A DNA stretch of 64,000 nt from Auanema rhodensis. Lineage: Eukaryota; Animalia; Nematoda. Positions 30,302-45,116 of the stretch are shown here, in pieces. A model generated the notes under the pieces. The model did no database searches. It saw nothing but the letters and a program-made list of their open reading frames with translations, and was not told the origin of the DNA. The stretch is taken from the NCBI GenBank assembly GCA_964057225.1, contig OZ059898.1:12586001-12650000 (forward strand). Reading direction: 5' to 3'. Each line of letters opens with the position of its first letter. Position 1 is the first letter of the stretch. The position numbers were made by a program, and so were the translations under genes.

Positions 30302-32240
30302 AGTGTTAATCCTAATACACCTTTTAAAATAGAAGAATATCAATACGCGGTTTTTGTTTTTTTCTTTGCTTTTAATATATTTACCATATTTGTGTAATGT
30401 TTTAAATAATTATTTTTAATTTATATCTAAACGAGTGCCTTTTCTGGTATTGGATTAACCTTCATAGCTTTGCAAGTCAATACGACCCTGAGATGCTTGT
30501 TTTGTTCTTTTTTCCTACTGTGATTTCATGAATTCTTCCCACGAACAGCAATTGTAATGAGATGGATTTCTGAAAATATTGTAATTAATAAAATAATTTA
30601 TGGAGCGTTTCTTTGAACACAGCCGCACACTCAACCAGTTGAGGTCAAAATAAAAAATAAACTTTTTTTGTAGTTGACAGTAATACACAACGATGTAAGA
30701 CAAGAAATAGAAACTTTAAAATCAGATCTTAATAAATTATATTGTAATATCATTATATTTATACAAAAATATAAGTAGTATAAGTCTGTGTGATATCTAA
30801 TACAATGATATGCTTTTTGCTTTTTTTTGCGGAAGTGTATTCGATTAGGCGGTCCTTGCAAAACCTGTCTCTGATATCATGTGAAAGAAGGAAATAGTCT
30901 CAGAGCCTCTGATTGTAAGCTGCTTAAGATATTTTTAGCAAATTCTGCTAATTTAGCTTAACCTTCTCATTACCATTTACTATTTATGTCATAAAGCCAT
31001 GCATATTTTCTAATTATATCACATGAGATTCACTCTGTTGTGAACTAAATACAATGTGTAGCTCAATGGTTTCTTCAACACTTTTGAAATTTATTTCGAA
31101 AAACAAGATAGAAGTGTCGTAATGTTGATATAAATCTTGATTAAGAATCTATTTTTTAAGATAATTATCCATTAATATTAGTTATTATCTCTCTTTTAAC
31201 ACAAAGTCGTACTTTCAATCATATATATTTCTTATAGTAATATAGATAGAATACCATCGTTTTTTTTTCAAATTCGATCAAACAACCTACACACAAAATC
31301 AGAAAATAAGATTCTATTATTGCTATTCTTTTCAAGAAAACCAAAAGTAAACAAGCTCAAAAGAACTAAACATTTTATAAATTTAAATTTATGTTCCTTT
31401 CTTTTCTTTATAATCCTCATACTTCAAACATAAAACTATACAAGTCAACGACAACCAGGAAATCATTAATACAATTCTTTCTTATGAACATATTTTCACC
31501 TTTCCTTGCTCATTGATTACAAGCGCTCATTGATTTATAGATCAAAATATGTTTTTTTTTAATTTTAATATAAAGTTTTTTTCTATGCATTTGATAATAC
31601 TTTGAAAATATTTTTTTTTCGTTTTTAAGGGCATCATTGATTACTTTCCTATCCTCCAGAACATTTCGTGATCTCTGAACGGTACTTGCAGAAGGAAATC
31701 TTTTTTCTGATATAAAATGTAGAAATTATGATTTTTAGAATCATTGTTAAATTTAAAACTAATTCTTAATGACAAATAGTATTATATCAGATTTTTAGAT
31801 TTAATAATTAAGTAAAAATATAATTTCTTTTTCTTTTCTGAATTAGCAATAACTTCTCATTAAGCATTATTAATAAACTTGTTCTCTAATCCTATATCGT
31901 GTTCTTATGTTAGTAATTAGTCTTCAAAATCAAATTCTAAAGATCTGTTTCTATCATATTATCTTGTTGCTTGTTGATATAACAACATACTACTTCTTCA
32001 CTAACAGAAATATATTTTTATCAGTTTGTCTTCGTCATTACCTCAAAGTTCATATCTATGTATATACAAATTGCTATATAAAGAAGATACATCATTATAA
32101 CTTCTCATGTGCTAAAAATTGTCAAAGTGTAATGTATTAGAATTGGGTGTTCTAACTTTATTCTTTAATAAATTTTCTCATTTAGCTTCTACTTAAAAAG
32201 AAAAAATAATTTCTCATATTTTGCAGTTTCATCTATAATC

Positions 32241-32520
32241 ATGGATTCTAAGACGAATGGAAGAATTCCGTCACATCACGATGTTGAACCAGATGACATT
32301 GGGCCTTTCTTCAATGGTTGGTTTTGTCATACATTTCTTGTATTTTCCAACTATTTTCATGTAAAGTGTCTTTTCAGTTCGTCCATCATCTCATTTCAAT
32401 ATAATGAATCTTGAATCGGATATACCTCATATTACTCATAGACCTAGCATGTATCTTCAACGTGCACTACGTGAACACAATCTCAGAGAAAATCCAAAGA
32501 AAACAAAAAGTAAAATATAA
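32241..32520 (+). CDS. Small two-exon orphan protein (~72 aa)
   Basis: TTGCAG acceptor before the ATG. Exons 32241-32316 and 32378-32520 join in phase (GT..TTTCAG): MDSKTNGRIPSHHDVEPDDIGPFFNVRPSSHFNIMNL...KKTKSKI*. AATAAA at ~32652. Confidence 0.5.
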
Positions 32521-32672
32521 TTATTTCGTAAGATGTAAGCTTTTCAAGAAACAGAAAGTCTATTATAATATTTCGGATAATCGCTTATTGTCATATACAT
32601 GTGTACAGAAAATTTTTTATTTGTTCAAACCAGTTGAATAATGACTAGAACAATAAACACATTCAATTATCA

Positions 32673-34781
32673 TTAAGTTTTAGATGTTGTTGTTGAATTT
32701 TCACAAAATATTAAAATATCCTGAAAAAAAATGAATGAAACTTTTCTCTCTTGAAAAAGTGATATGAGGAAAATATTATTTCAAAAAACTGACACTAACG
32801 CTCTTCGGGTCTCCGGACAACATCAAGATATCTTCCTTAAATTCTGCTGCTATGGATCGGATTGTGGCTATCCGTAACAGAAGTTGAGTAAATAGGCCAG
32901 AATCTCTAGGACATTTTGACAAACAATGATCCAACAGGCAATTATAAACTTTTTCTCGTCTTTCTTCTATTTCTTCGTGAAGTTTAATATAGGGTGCTTC
33001 TGCAAATTCAAGGTTTATCTATATTGCTTAGTTGATAGATCTGATGAATCGCACCGTTGTCAAGCAGAAATATCAATTTTATTCCTCCCATCATCATTTT
33101 ATCGATAGGTAACTCTCCTAACTTATCTACCAATTGATATAATCTTCTGAAATAGGCAATGTTTCATTTTATTAGTTTCAAATTATATTAGATTCTACCG
33201 ATAAAATAGTGGATAAGATGCATTGAGTGTATGCTCATCAGAATCAAGATATAAATCTAGAGCTAAATCGCAGATTATCAGTTCACAGTAAGCTGTAAAT
33301 GTTTCGTTCTTTGTAATGGTTGGCCGTTTTGCTGTTAGCTATACCGTTGAAGATAAGACTGGACTGATCAGACGGCGGAAGTTGTTGAAACGCCGGAATT
33401 TGAAAAGCAAAATCCAAAAGTCGTTTCCGATAATAATTTTTCAAATATATCTCTCTCTCTTCACTTTTCACATCATCATTCGTATTTGTTGCTTCCTTCG
33501 TACTTATACTCTAAAATTGAATGATTGTTATTGTAATAACTACAGTAAAACTTAATTATTACTGTAATGGATTACTTGAGACGGAATAAACTCAGAAATG
33601 ATATTACACTTTTCTTATTCATTGCTCCAATATGCAAAAAAATGAAATACTTACTATATTTAAATTGCTGTTGTCAGAGGTGGAAGCTCGAATATCGCCT
33701 GCTTGTAGAGAAGTTGATGATGTTGTTGCTGAAGACATGGGTACATTGATGACCTCGGCTACCATTATTGGGGTTAGGTGTCGTTCTTCTTGAACTGCTA
33801 AAAGTCTAGTTGAAGTTTTAGTATCATTAGCTGTTTAAATATACGTTTACCTTCCTTTCTCATTCCCATCAGCATACATTTTTCGAAACGACAAGCTTGG
33901 CATCGATTCCGATGTCGTTTATCGATTAAACATTTACTGAAAATGGATCTTCACTGTCATCTTCTATAATTTAGCTTTAAAAGCTAGCAAAAAGCAAATA
34001 TTTGTCATTTCTTTATGGAACAGAGGATATCTCATATACTGAATTAAGCATGGATGCTTACCCATTTTCTTTACATTGATATTGCATGTCCTTTCGAACA
34101 GTTCGCTTGAAAAACCCTTTACAGCCTTCACAACTAAAAAGTCAGAAAAATCGAATAACAAAATAAGAAGATATCAATACAAAATATTTTTTTCACGAAG
34201 AAAAGCAAAACAATCGTACCTGTAAACTCCGTAATGTTTACCACTAGCTTTATCAGAGCAGATTGAACAAGAATGTCTTGACAATCGTCTCCAACTGAAA
34301 AATCAAACTTAGTTTTTGATCATCATTATTTAAAAGAAATTTTGTTTCTACTACAAACAAATTGTTTAAACTAAATTTACGTAAAAGTCCACGTATATTT
34401 AACATAATACGATTTTATTTTAAATATTAAGTATGCAACGAACGGTTGTAGAAAAAGAAAGTTTCGGCAAAAAAATCGAACCTCTTAGACGATGCTTCAG
34501 TTCTCCTACCCATCGATAGGCTCGTGGTCTGAAATACATAAGAACTTGATTTCATTTAAGAACTTTCTCAAATGTACTCCGATGGCCTGATATGGCGATG
34601 CCAGGCACTTGGAAGAAGAAAAAAATGAGGAGGCCGTACTTTCAATTACAATATTTTACTAAATTGTACATTTCGAGTTGTATTCAAAATATTCATATAC
34701 TTGTCACTTTCACCTTTCCAGTGGTAACACTCGATTAACGGAATTTTTAAATGAATACGGATAAGGAAGAATAGTTCCCGT
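32673..34781 (-). CDS. RXR/USP (NR2B)-type nuclear receptor with divergent, shortened LBD; 5' end uncertain
   Basis: [81 protein letters not shown] pieces [31 protein letters not shown] and [11 protein letters not shown]. Confidence 0.85.
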
Positions 34782-35994
34782 CTATCGTCCAAAAAAATGA
34801 AAAGAAAATATTAGACCGATATTAGATAGTTGCTGGAAGAAAGTGAATGAAAAACAAGAACCCAGAGCTTTATCTGATAGTTTCTGCCTACATCGATGCT
34901 TTTCCAAGCAAGTAAATTCGTTTTGAAGGCTAACAACAGGCTCGGAAATAGTACACAAACAGGACAAGAATGAAAAGGTAGGACAAGGTCAATTAGATAA
35001 GGGCATCGTTAGAAATGCCTATTGGATCGTTGTCACTTGCATGGGCAAAACTTTCGAGAACTGTACGGTAAGGCATTTTTTTAGACTTTTTTCACTTTCA
35101 CCTCGAAATTTCTGTCAAAAATTTCACCTGATTGTCTTGTTGGTGTGAAACTCATCTTCGCCTTTTCGTGTGAGTGTAGTTTCTAAGAGTACAAATCTGA
35201 TAAAAAACTTTTATACTTCAGATTTTATTTTATCAAAACCTATTTCAATTAGAATTTAGTACAAAATTATATAAAATTGAATTTACATTAGATGATTTTC
35301 GACTATTAAACTAGTCCTCCTCGATCGGGTAGGAATTACGGCAATTAAGTGGTTTGCCGGTTCAAAATGTAATTTTTCGGAGCATTCTTATCAGTTCATT
35401 CCTTTTCCTTTCAACAGTCTTGTTTTCCTTTTTTAGTTTTCAAGGCATATCAGAGCTGAACTAATATCGTACAAACAATGTGATTTCTTCACAAAAACCG
35501 AAGCTTATATACACAGAAGAATAATAATTAGAACCATATTTTTATATTACCTCAATCTATACAATACAAAAGGAGTTAAACCCAATAATAATCAATATTA
35601 TGGGAAACTTCCATGAAAACAGAAAGTTTCCAAAAAAAGAATCTGTGAAAGAAAGCACAAACATGTGAAGACTGTTTCAAAGGAGAAAAATGGAGCTTGG
35701 ACAAGATTCATAAATATTCTAAACTTACGTTTCAGAAAATACTAGTTACCGCAAATATACTGTAACATAATTTTAAGACCTAATGGCGGCAAGTAAATTA
35801 TTAGACCAGATCTAAAATGACGTTCAACATAAGCAACACGTTCACGAATTAAACAAAGTATAAGAACAGGTGAGCAATAAATACAATACAACTATAATCA
35901 CAGCCTCACTAAAAACCGGAGAAACTACCCATACCTTTGTATGAAGAGGGAAATGGCAATGAGAAAGATGTAAGAAATTTAAATTTAAGAAAAT

Positions 35995-38431
<2,437 letters not shown>

Positions 38432-38815
38432 CTATAAGAAAAGATTGAAAACTTTAACATACTTTGATCTTGCGCTTAACACATCTATACTGCCCATCTT
38501 TTCGCAGCGCTAAAAGTGGACTCGTTCAGTAGCATCCACAAGCTGGCCAATATCCTAATAGTTAAGATTAATCGCAACTAAGTTCAAGAAAACAAAGGAA
38601 AAGCTACGAAGAGCAGAAATAAGCAATATTTAGCTTTTATAGCTTCAGTACGTAAAAACAATTTTCGATTTTTTTTCATACGTGAAATGTCGTTTCAATA
38701 TGCTCAGCTGCCAAATTCGGCTTTCAAGTTTGAATAAATATCTTAAGTTTTCAAGTTAACTTGGCTCTATATTCCGATGCTTTTATGTTATATCAATAGT
38801 TAATGATGCTTTAGA

Positions 38816-39428
38816 ATGTCGGGGTTACCAGCACCTGCAGGGAAAAAAAGTAGTAGTCGTACTGTTGCCACAAAGAAACTTATAATTGATGAGTACAAGA
38901 GAAGATTAAAAGATAATATCCGATCTTTAAGTGATAATTTTAACCAAATTATTCAAAATACGAAGGTTACTTTGTTTTCGATCGATAAACTTATTTTTTA
39001 TTTTTTATTTTAGATTAATGTTGATGAACAAGCTAATAAGGTTCAGGGTAACAAAATGGCAGAATTTTACGTTGTAAAAAATGAAATGAGTGTTAGAGCA
39101 GCGCTTATTGTTAGTTTGTTTTGTTGTCGTACCTTCAATAACCTGATTGTAGGCTAGAGCATGTGATGAACTTCTAAAATTAACTAATGATCTCAAGGAA
39201 TTTCTAGTTTTACATGATTTTAACTTCCTCACACATGCTATAAAAGCGTAAGCTTATATTTTCAGTTTTTGCTATTATATGTTTGTTTCTTTTCTCAGAG
39301 CTGAGGACGAATGTGATGTCAAAATGAGTGTGCAAGTACAGAAGCACAATGAGATGAGGTTTGATGTCACAAATTTACTAACGGATCTTGATAAGGAATA
39401 CGCTGATAATTATTCTTTCCGGCACTAA
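38816..39428 (+). CDS. mdt-22: Mediator subunit 22 (Surf5)
   Basis: YKRRLKDNIRSLSDNF...EMSVRAALIARACDELLKLTNDLKEFLVLHDF. Confidence 0.9.
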
Positions 39429-39578
39429 GCTTATGTATTATTTTTATTATCGGGTATTTTCATAATTTTTATAAATAAATTAAATCTTTGCGATAATGCT
39501 GCATATTTTTTATGGTCATGCTCCATGCTTATTACTTTTACAACTATTCTAATCACATTCTTCATTTTTGCTTTCGAG

Positions 39579-40957
39579 ATGAACTATGCGGATCCTTGGA
39601 GAGAGTTTCTATCACTTCTCTCAGAAAATAAAAAGGGATTTTTTAAAAAACCTGATTATGATAGGATCCTCTCGAGAATGACAGTTCTTAGTAAAGTAAT
39701 AGAGTGAGATTGATATATTAGGAAGTATATCATTTCACCACATTTCTTAAAGGGATGATGGAATTTTTGAGAATGCTGCAACTGTGCATGCGGAAATGGC
39801 GTCGATTTACAAGACTTTGGAAAAGCATACGCAACGAGAACAACATTTAATAGATGCTGCCAATTTATTAATTAAACACATGGAGAGGAAAAGACGGGTC
39901 CTAAGCAAATGTAGTTTTTTAACAATCAATGAAATAAACATATAATAAATATAGTTGAAAGTCCTTTCAAGCATGACGCTTTTGAATTTTACAATGCGGC
40001 AGTGAAATCAGCTGACGAAAATGGGTGTAAAGCAATGGCAGGTCAGGTTATTTAGAATTAAAAGTAATATGAAATCATTTTAGGCATTTACGCCCTAGGA
40101 GGAGCCAATCGCATGAAAGATGTTGAATCGTTTGTTTTAGCAGATAGACTATATCGTAGAGGTTTTGCAAATTTTATTCGATTAGTGATATTGGAATTTC
40201 AGCATATTATTACCATGAAGGCAATTATCCTATGCAAGTGACAATCCTCTGGAATATGGCAGAGATTTCAGTTGCTCAAAAATCGCTAAACAGAACTCTG
40301 AATGTAATGGATAAGATATGGATGCTTATTCTAAAATCTCGAACAGAGTAAAATATTATTGTTTGTTCTTCGTAATTCCGTTGCCTTCAGAACAAAGACG
40401 GCTTTGCCATACCTTCAACAATGTGAAATGATAACGGTTCTTCTGCTAACACGATTACGAAAAGTAAGTTTATAATTCCAAATGTTTTTATTTGAAATTT
40501 AAATTTTTGTGTTTTTTTTACAGCGAATCTAACCGATTTATCAAAACTTTAGTGAAAATGAAGACGTGTGAAATTTCACGTTGGATTATGACTGCATTGA
40601 AACTTTTATGAAAACTTGATGACTTTATTTTTTTCAGAGAATCATTTTAACGGGCAGACATAAATCAATATTAGAACTATATTCAGTTAAATTTTTTGAC
40701 GCTGATTCTAAGGTACTGAACATTTTTAGGTACTTCTAGATATATTGCCTTTTTAGGTTACTAAAGAGGCTGAGAAAGAGAAAACTACATTAGAAGATGT
40801 TGTGTTTAAATATTTTTCTGTATTAATTCATTTATATGCAAGTTCCGAATTATCCGAAGCAGCCGAGAAGTTGAACTCTCGAGATTATTCTTTTATATCT
40901 GGAATAGTGAGGAATGTTTGCGTTATTTTATTAGAGAAAGATTTGATAATCGACTAA
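39579..40957 (+). CDS. HAP40 / F8A-like helical protein (putative huntingtin partner)
   Basis: KKGFFKKPDY...ENAATVHAEMA...HLIDAANLL...FYNAAVKSADENG...LYRRAA lines up by eye with HAP40 KRFLRKPNV...YAA...A..A...LTEAARLF...FQRAA. Confidence 0.6.
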
Positions 40958-41909
40958 CAAGTTTAATTCGATAGTATATATAAATTAGCTATTATTTCAA
41001 TTTGTACAAATTTTCATTGTTTTTCTATTATATTTCTGCCCATTCCATAATTATCTCCGGTAAGCTAATCGACCTACAAAGAAAAGATCATGTATAAATC
41101 CCTTTTATCTACCATTGTTTTTTTTAATTTGCCTTTAATTTATTACAAAAATGTAAATAAACTTATTTATTTCTTTATTTTAGTGAGCTTAAACAATTTG
41201 AAATTGTCGATGTAAAGAGATCTATTTCTGAAGTACGCAGCAATTGAAGTACGTGAACTTTCGTTGCTCCGTTTTTTTCGATATTTGGCTTCAAACTTAG
41301 AAAAAAAATTCTATCTTACTGTCTTACAATTTGTTCTCATTTATTTCGACGAAAGTTTTTTACATTGTATATAGTGGTTGATTGAAAAGTTTTTTTCTTC
41401 ATATAGGTGAAGAATTTTATATTGTTGACATCATGCAGTCATAGTTTAGAAACACAAATATGAGACAATTTATGTAAAAAGAACTGCCATTATCGTACAC
41501 CTGGGTTTAGTCATTGATAAAGGGGCACCGAAAATCAAGAGAAGGCTGGATATCTTCTTCCTTTTATCGATTTCACAAGTTTCGTTCACGTCGTCACAAG
41601 CTGTTGCTGTCTTTCTCTGGTATCCTTGGTGATTTCTCTTCGCTCCGTTTTATTGATTGCAAAAGAATGACCAGGGTTTAAATTATGAATATCTATATAT
41701 CGATCTTCATTCCCTTAAAGCTCTAGTGTATTTTATTAATATACATAGTACCTAACAACCAAGGAAAAGTGTTTCGATTGGGCTACAAATTTTTATAAGT
41801 TGTCAATAAAGTTTCTTTTCAAAATTCTAGTTTGAACATTTATCTTTTTCTCTCATCTTCCTTTTATAGATTGCCTGTTGGTTGTTTTTTATTCTTTTAC
41901 TATTTTCAG

Positions 41910-43201
41910 ATGGCTGACATTCCTTCTCCACATCAAGATTTTCCTCCTTCAGAAGAATTGTCTTTAGACAGATTTGTGATTGAAAAAAAGATCGGAAAAG
42001 GCCAATTTAGTGAGGTAAAGCATCATTGTGATTTGCTGGTGAATAATGTATTTCTTGAGGTTTTTCGAGCAAAATGTGTGTGGGATGGACAAATGGTCGC
42101 CCTGAAGAAAATACAGGTAAACTTGTTTTCGTAAAGTTAGGAAAAAAGCATCGTTGTATAGGTTTTTGAGATGGTTGATCAGAAAGCTCGTCAAGATTGT
42201 TTAAAAGAGATTGACCTTCTTAAACAGCTAAATCATGTAAATGTTATCAAGTGAGTTCTTACACTTTATTTTTTTCATTAATTGAGGTTTGCCTTTTTTT
42301 GTGCAAAATATATTCATTCTTTTTGTGTGTTTTTTGAATTCTAGTGTATTCATTTTAGATATCATGCCTCGTTTATTGATAATAACCAGCTGAATATTGT
42401 TCTTGAATTAGCCGAGGCAGGTGATATGAGTAGGATGATCAAACATTTCAAAAAAAATGGACGACTTATTCCCGAAAGAACTATTTGGAAATACTTCGTT
42501 CAACTTGCTCGTGCTCTTGCACACATGCATTCTAAACGTATAATGCACAGAGGTAATTCAAATATATCTTGTGTATTGCATAATTTTTCTTCTGTTGAAG
42601 ATATAAAACCTGCAAATGTCTTCATTACCTCAGATGGAGTAGTTAAACTTGGGGATTTGGGACTGGGCCGCTTTTTCAGCAGTAAAACTACTGCAGCCCA
42701 TTCCTTAGTGGGAACACCTTATTACATGGTACGAAATTATTTATTTCTCATTAGTCATCTTTAAGTTATTTTCTAAAATTTTTATGTGTTGTTTTCAGTC
42801 ACCTGAACGCATATTAGAGTCAGGTTATAACTTTAAATCAGATTTATGGTCAACAGGCTGTCTACTATACGAAATGGCTGCTCTTCAGTCGCCATTTTAT
42901 GGAGACAAAATGAATCTTTATTCACTATGTAAAAAAATAGAAAATTGTGAATATCCTCCTTTACCCTCTGATATTTATTCAACTCAGGTCAGTGTTTAAA
43001 ATGGGTGTTTCATATAATTTTAAAAATTTTAGTTGAGAGATCTTGTATCCAGATGTGTTCTTTCGGATCCCAACCGTAGACCCGAAACTAATGAAGTATT
43101 GGAGGTTTGAAATTGTCCTATAAATATGCTTATACGTATTTTCTCAGGTTGCTGAGCGCATGAATGCCTACTTCCAACAACAAGCTCCTCCAATCAAATA
43201 A
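41910..43201 (+). CDS. nekl-3: NEK6/7-family kinase
   Basis: [49 protein letters not shown] and [17 protein letters not shown]. Confidence 0.95.
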
Positions 43202-43531
43202 GCGAAATTAAATTTGATTTGATTTCAAATTAGCCTTATTCTTTAAGATGTATATATGACATTATTTTTACTTTCAAACTCATAATATAGATTTAATTAA
43301 TATCTTTATTTTATCTGCTTCAAAATTTTATACATATTTCTTGCCATAATATTTGATATAGTGTGCCATTCCAAAGATACTATTTTTTCTGTGAAACTCG
43401 TGTGATATGTTTTCTGGTTGTGATAAAAATATATTTTTTATAAATGTATTGTTGTAATTTTTGGTTTCAATACCATTATATTTCTCATTTGTTCCTTATC
43501 GGAATTTTATTACGAACTCTCAACTTTTAGC

Positions 43532-44435
43532 ATGAAGTTGCTTCTATATTTTATTAGTTCACTTCTATTTGCTAATGGATGTGATTGGCTGAAAAAGATT
43601 AAAGAGAAAAAAGTAGATTTTAATGTATGATTTGATTATTACAATACTAGGTAAAATACAATATGTTCAGATCATAGGTGCAGGACAACATAGAACTCTA
43701 TCTGTTCGTACTCGAGTTACTAGTGAACAAAGGTTTCTAGAATGTCGTCTTCTTTATGAGTTTGAAATCCCGGATGGAGCTTTCATTGATACAGATGGGT
43801 GTGATAGAGTTTAATGACCTGTAATACAAACATCTGTTACAGAATTAACTCTACTCTTATCAATCACAAAGCTTTTATCAAGGAACCGTTCGATGTAGAG
43901 GCTATGCAAAGCAATTCCAAAAGCCAAAAAGTCTTAGTCCTACTTACTACTATTATTCGACGAGCGTTTGTGATAGATGATACCTTAGATCTCCCTGTGC
44001 ACATTAGATATCACCCAGCAAGATCAGGTTTTAGCATGATGTATTTAAATGACCTACAATTTTTATTTCAGGAGAATTTACAGATAAACTCAATGATAAA
44101 ATATCGTTTGTAACTCCAATTATATCATTGGATTGCCCCAATGATTATGAAGCATTAGGATTAGCAAAATGCCCTGGAAAACGAACCTATAATGCCTTTA
44201 GTATATTGCCAATTTGTTTTTCTTCAGACTAATCAGTATTTTTTCAGAAGTTAAATCTGATTCTCCTTACTGGGTTCTTTTAGAACCTTTGAGCAAAATT
44301 AAGAAATCAGTGAGTATACCAGTAGGCAATGTATCTCAGATATCAATTGTTATTAATATGCTAATATCCTCTTTGTTGATTGGTGCTTATCTTGTTTTTA
44401 GTGCTAATCCCTTAAAGCCTATTATTAGAACTTGA
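43532..44435 (+). CDS. PIG-X/PBN1 (GPI mannosyltransferase I subunit)-like
   Basis: Signal peptide, GAGQHRTL, CRLL...IPDGAFID, FDVEA, LPVHIRYH, IPVGN and a C-terminal TM. Confidence 0.78.
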
Positions 44436-44813
44436 CTAGTTTAAATGAACCTCAAGAACTTAAAAATACTAACAAGTTGTCTTATTGTCAGAGTTTGTCA
44501 TCTTATACTCTTCGAAGTATAATTAATTGTGTTCACTTTTTCCAATTCAAATTCTCGTCGGGCTGCTTTAAATTATAGGAGCTTTAAGCTAGATTTGACT
44601 CGGACTTGAAATATTTCATCTTATATACCCTGGGTTGTTTGAATAATTTATATTTATTTCTTCAATAAAATGCTGGTCATTTATTTATTTAAAAAGTGTT
44701 AGATTCCAAAATTTTCTTCTCAATTCTTGCATTCATCTTAGTTGGCAATCTGGAGCATTCAACCTCTCAGTACTAAGTACTTTGTGATAAAACTGTTGAG
44801 TTAAACATAGTGT

Positions 44814-44885
44814 GACTGCTTGGCGCAATGGTAGCGCGTTCGACTCCAGATCGAAAGGTTGGGCGTTCGATCCGCTCAGTGGTCA
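44814..44885 (+). tRNA. tRNA-Trp (CCA)
   Basis: 72 nt GACTGCTTGGCGCAATGGTAGCGCGTTCGACT-CCA-GATCGAAAGGTTGGGCGTTCGATCCGCTCAGTGGTCA with an intact cloverleaf, A/B boxes and a downstream T-run. Confidence 0.97.
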
Positions 44886-45116
44886 GAATTTTTTGCTTAT
44901 TTTCAATATCATTTTCCTGTTTAAATACTTCTAACTCAAATAAAATTATCAATTTTCTAAATCTTTCACGAAGAAAATGTAAGGTATTACGATTCCCTCT
45001 TATGGTTATAAATAGGAAGTCTGTTATTTTTGAAGTGCTTGAAATAGTTCTTAGTTGAAATACAAAACGAACATTTTTAATTTGTACAATTTTATTGTTA
45101 TAAATAAGTTAATAAT

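Noticed and set aside
30430-30900. Possible small minus-strand gene
   Set aside because: One plausible acceptor, but no consistent start or donor chain could be built.
33964-34161. Apparent frameshift in the RXR P-box region from the ORF track (KGFSSELF)
   Set aside because: That is a different frame. The spliced frame reads [14 protein letters not shown] intact.
44828-45058. 76-aa ORF
   Set aside because: Overlaps the tRNA-Trp gene; spurious.
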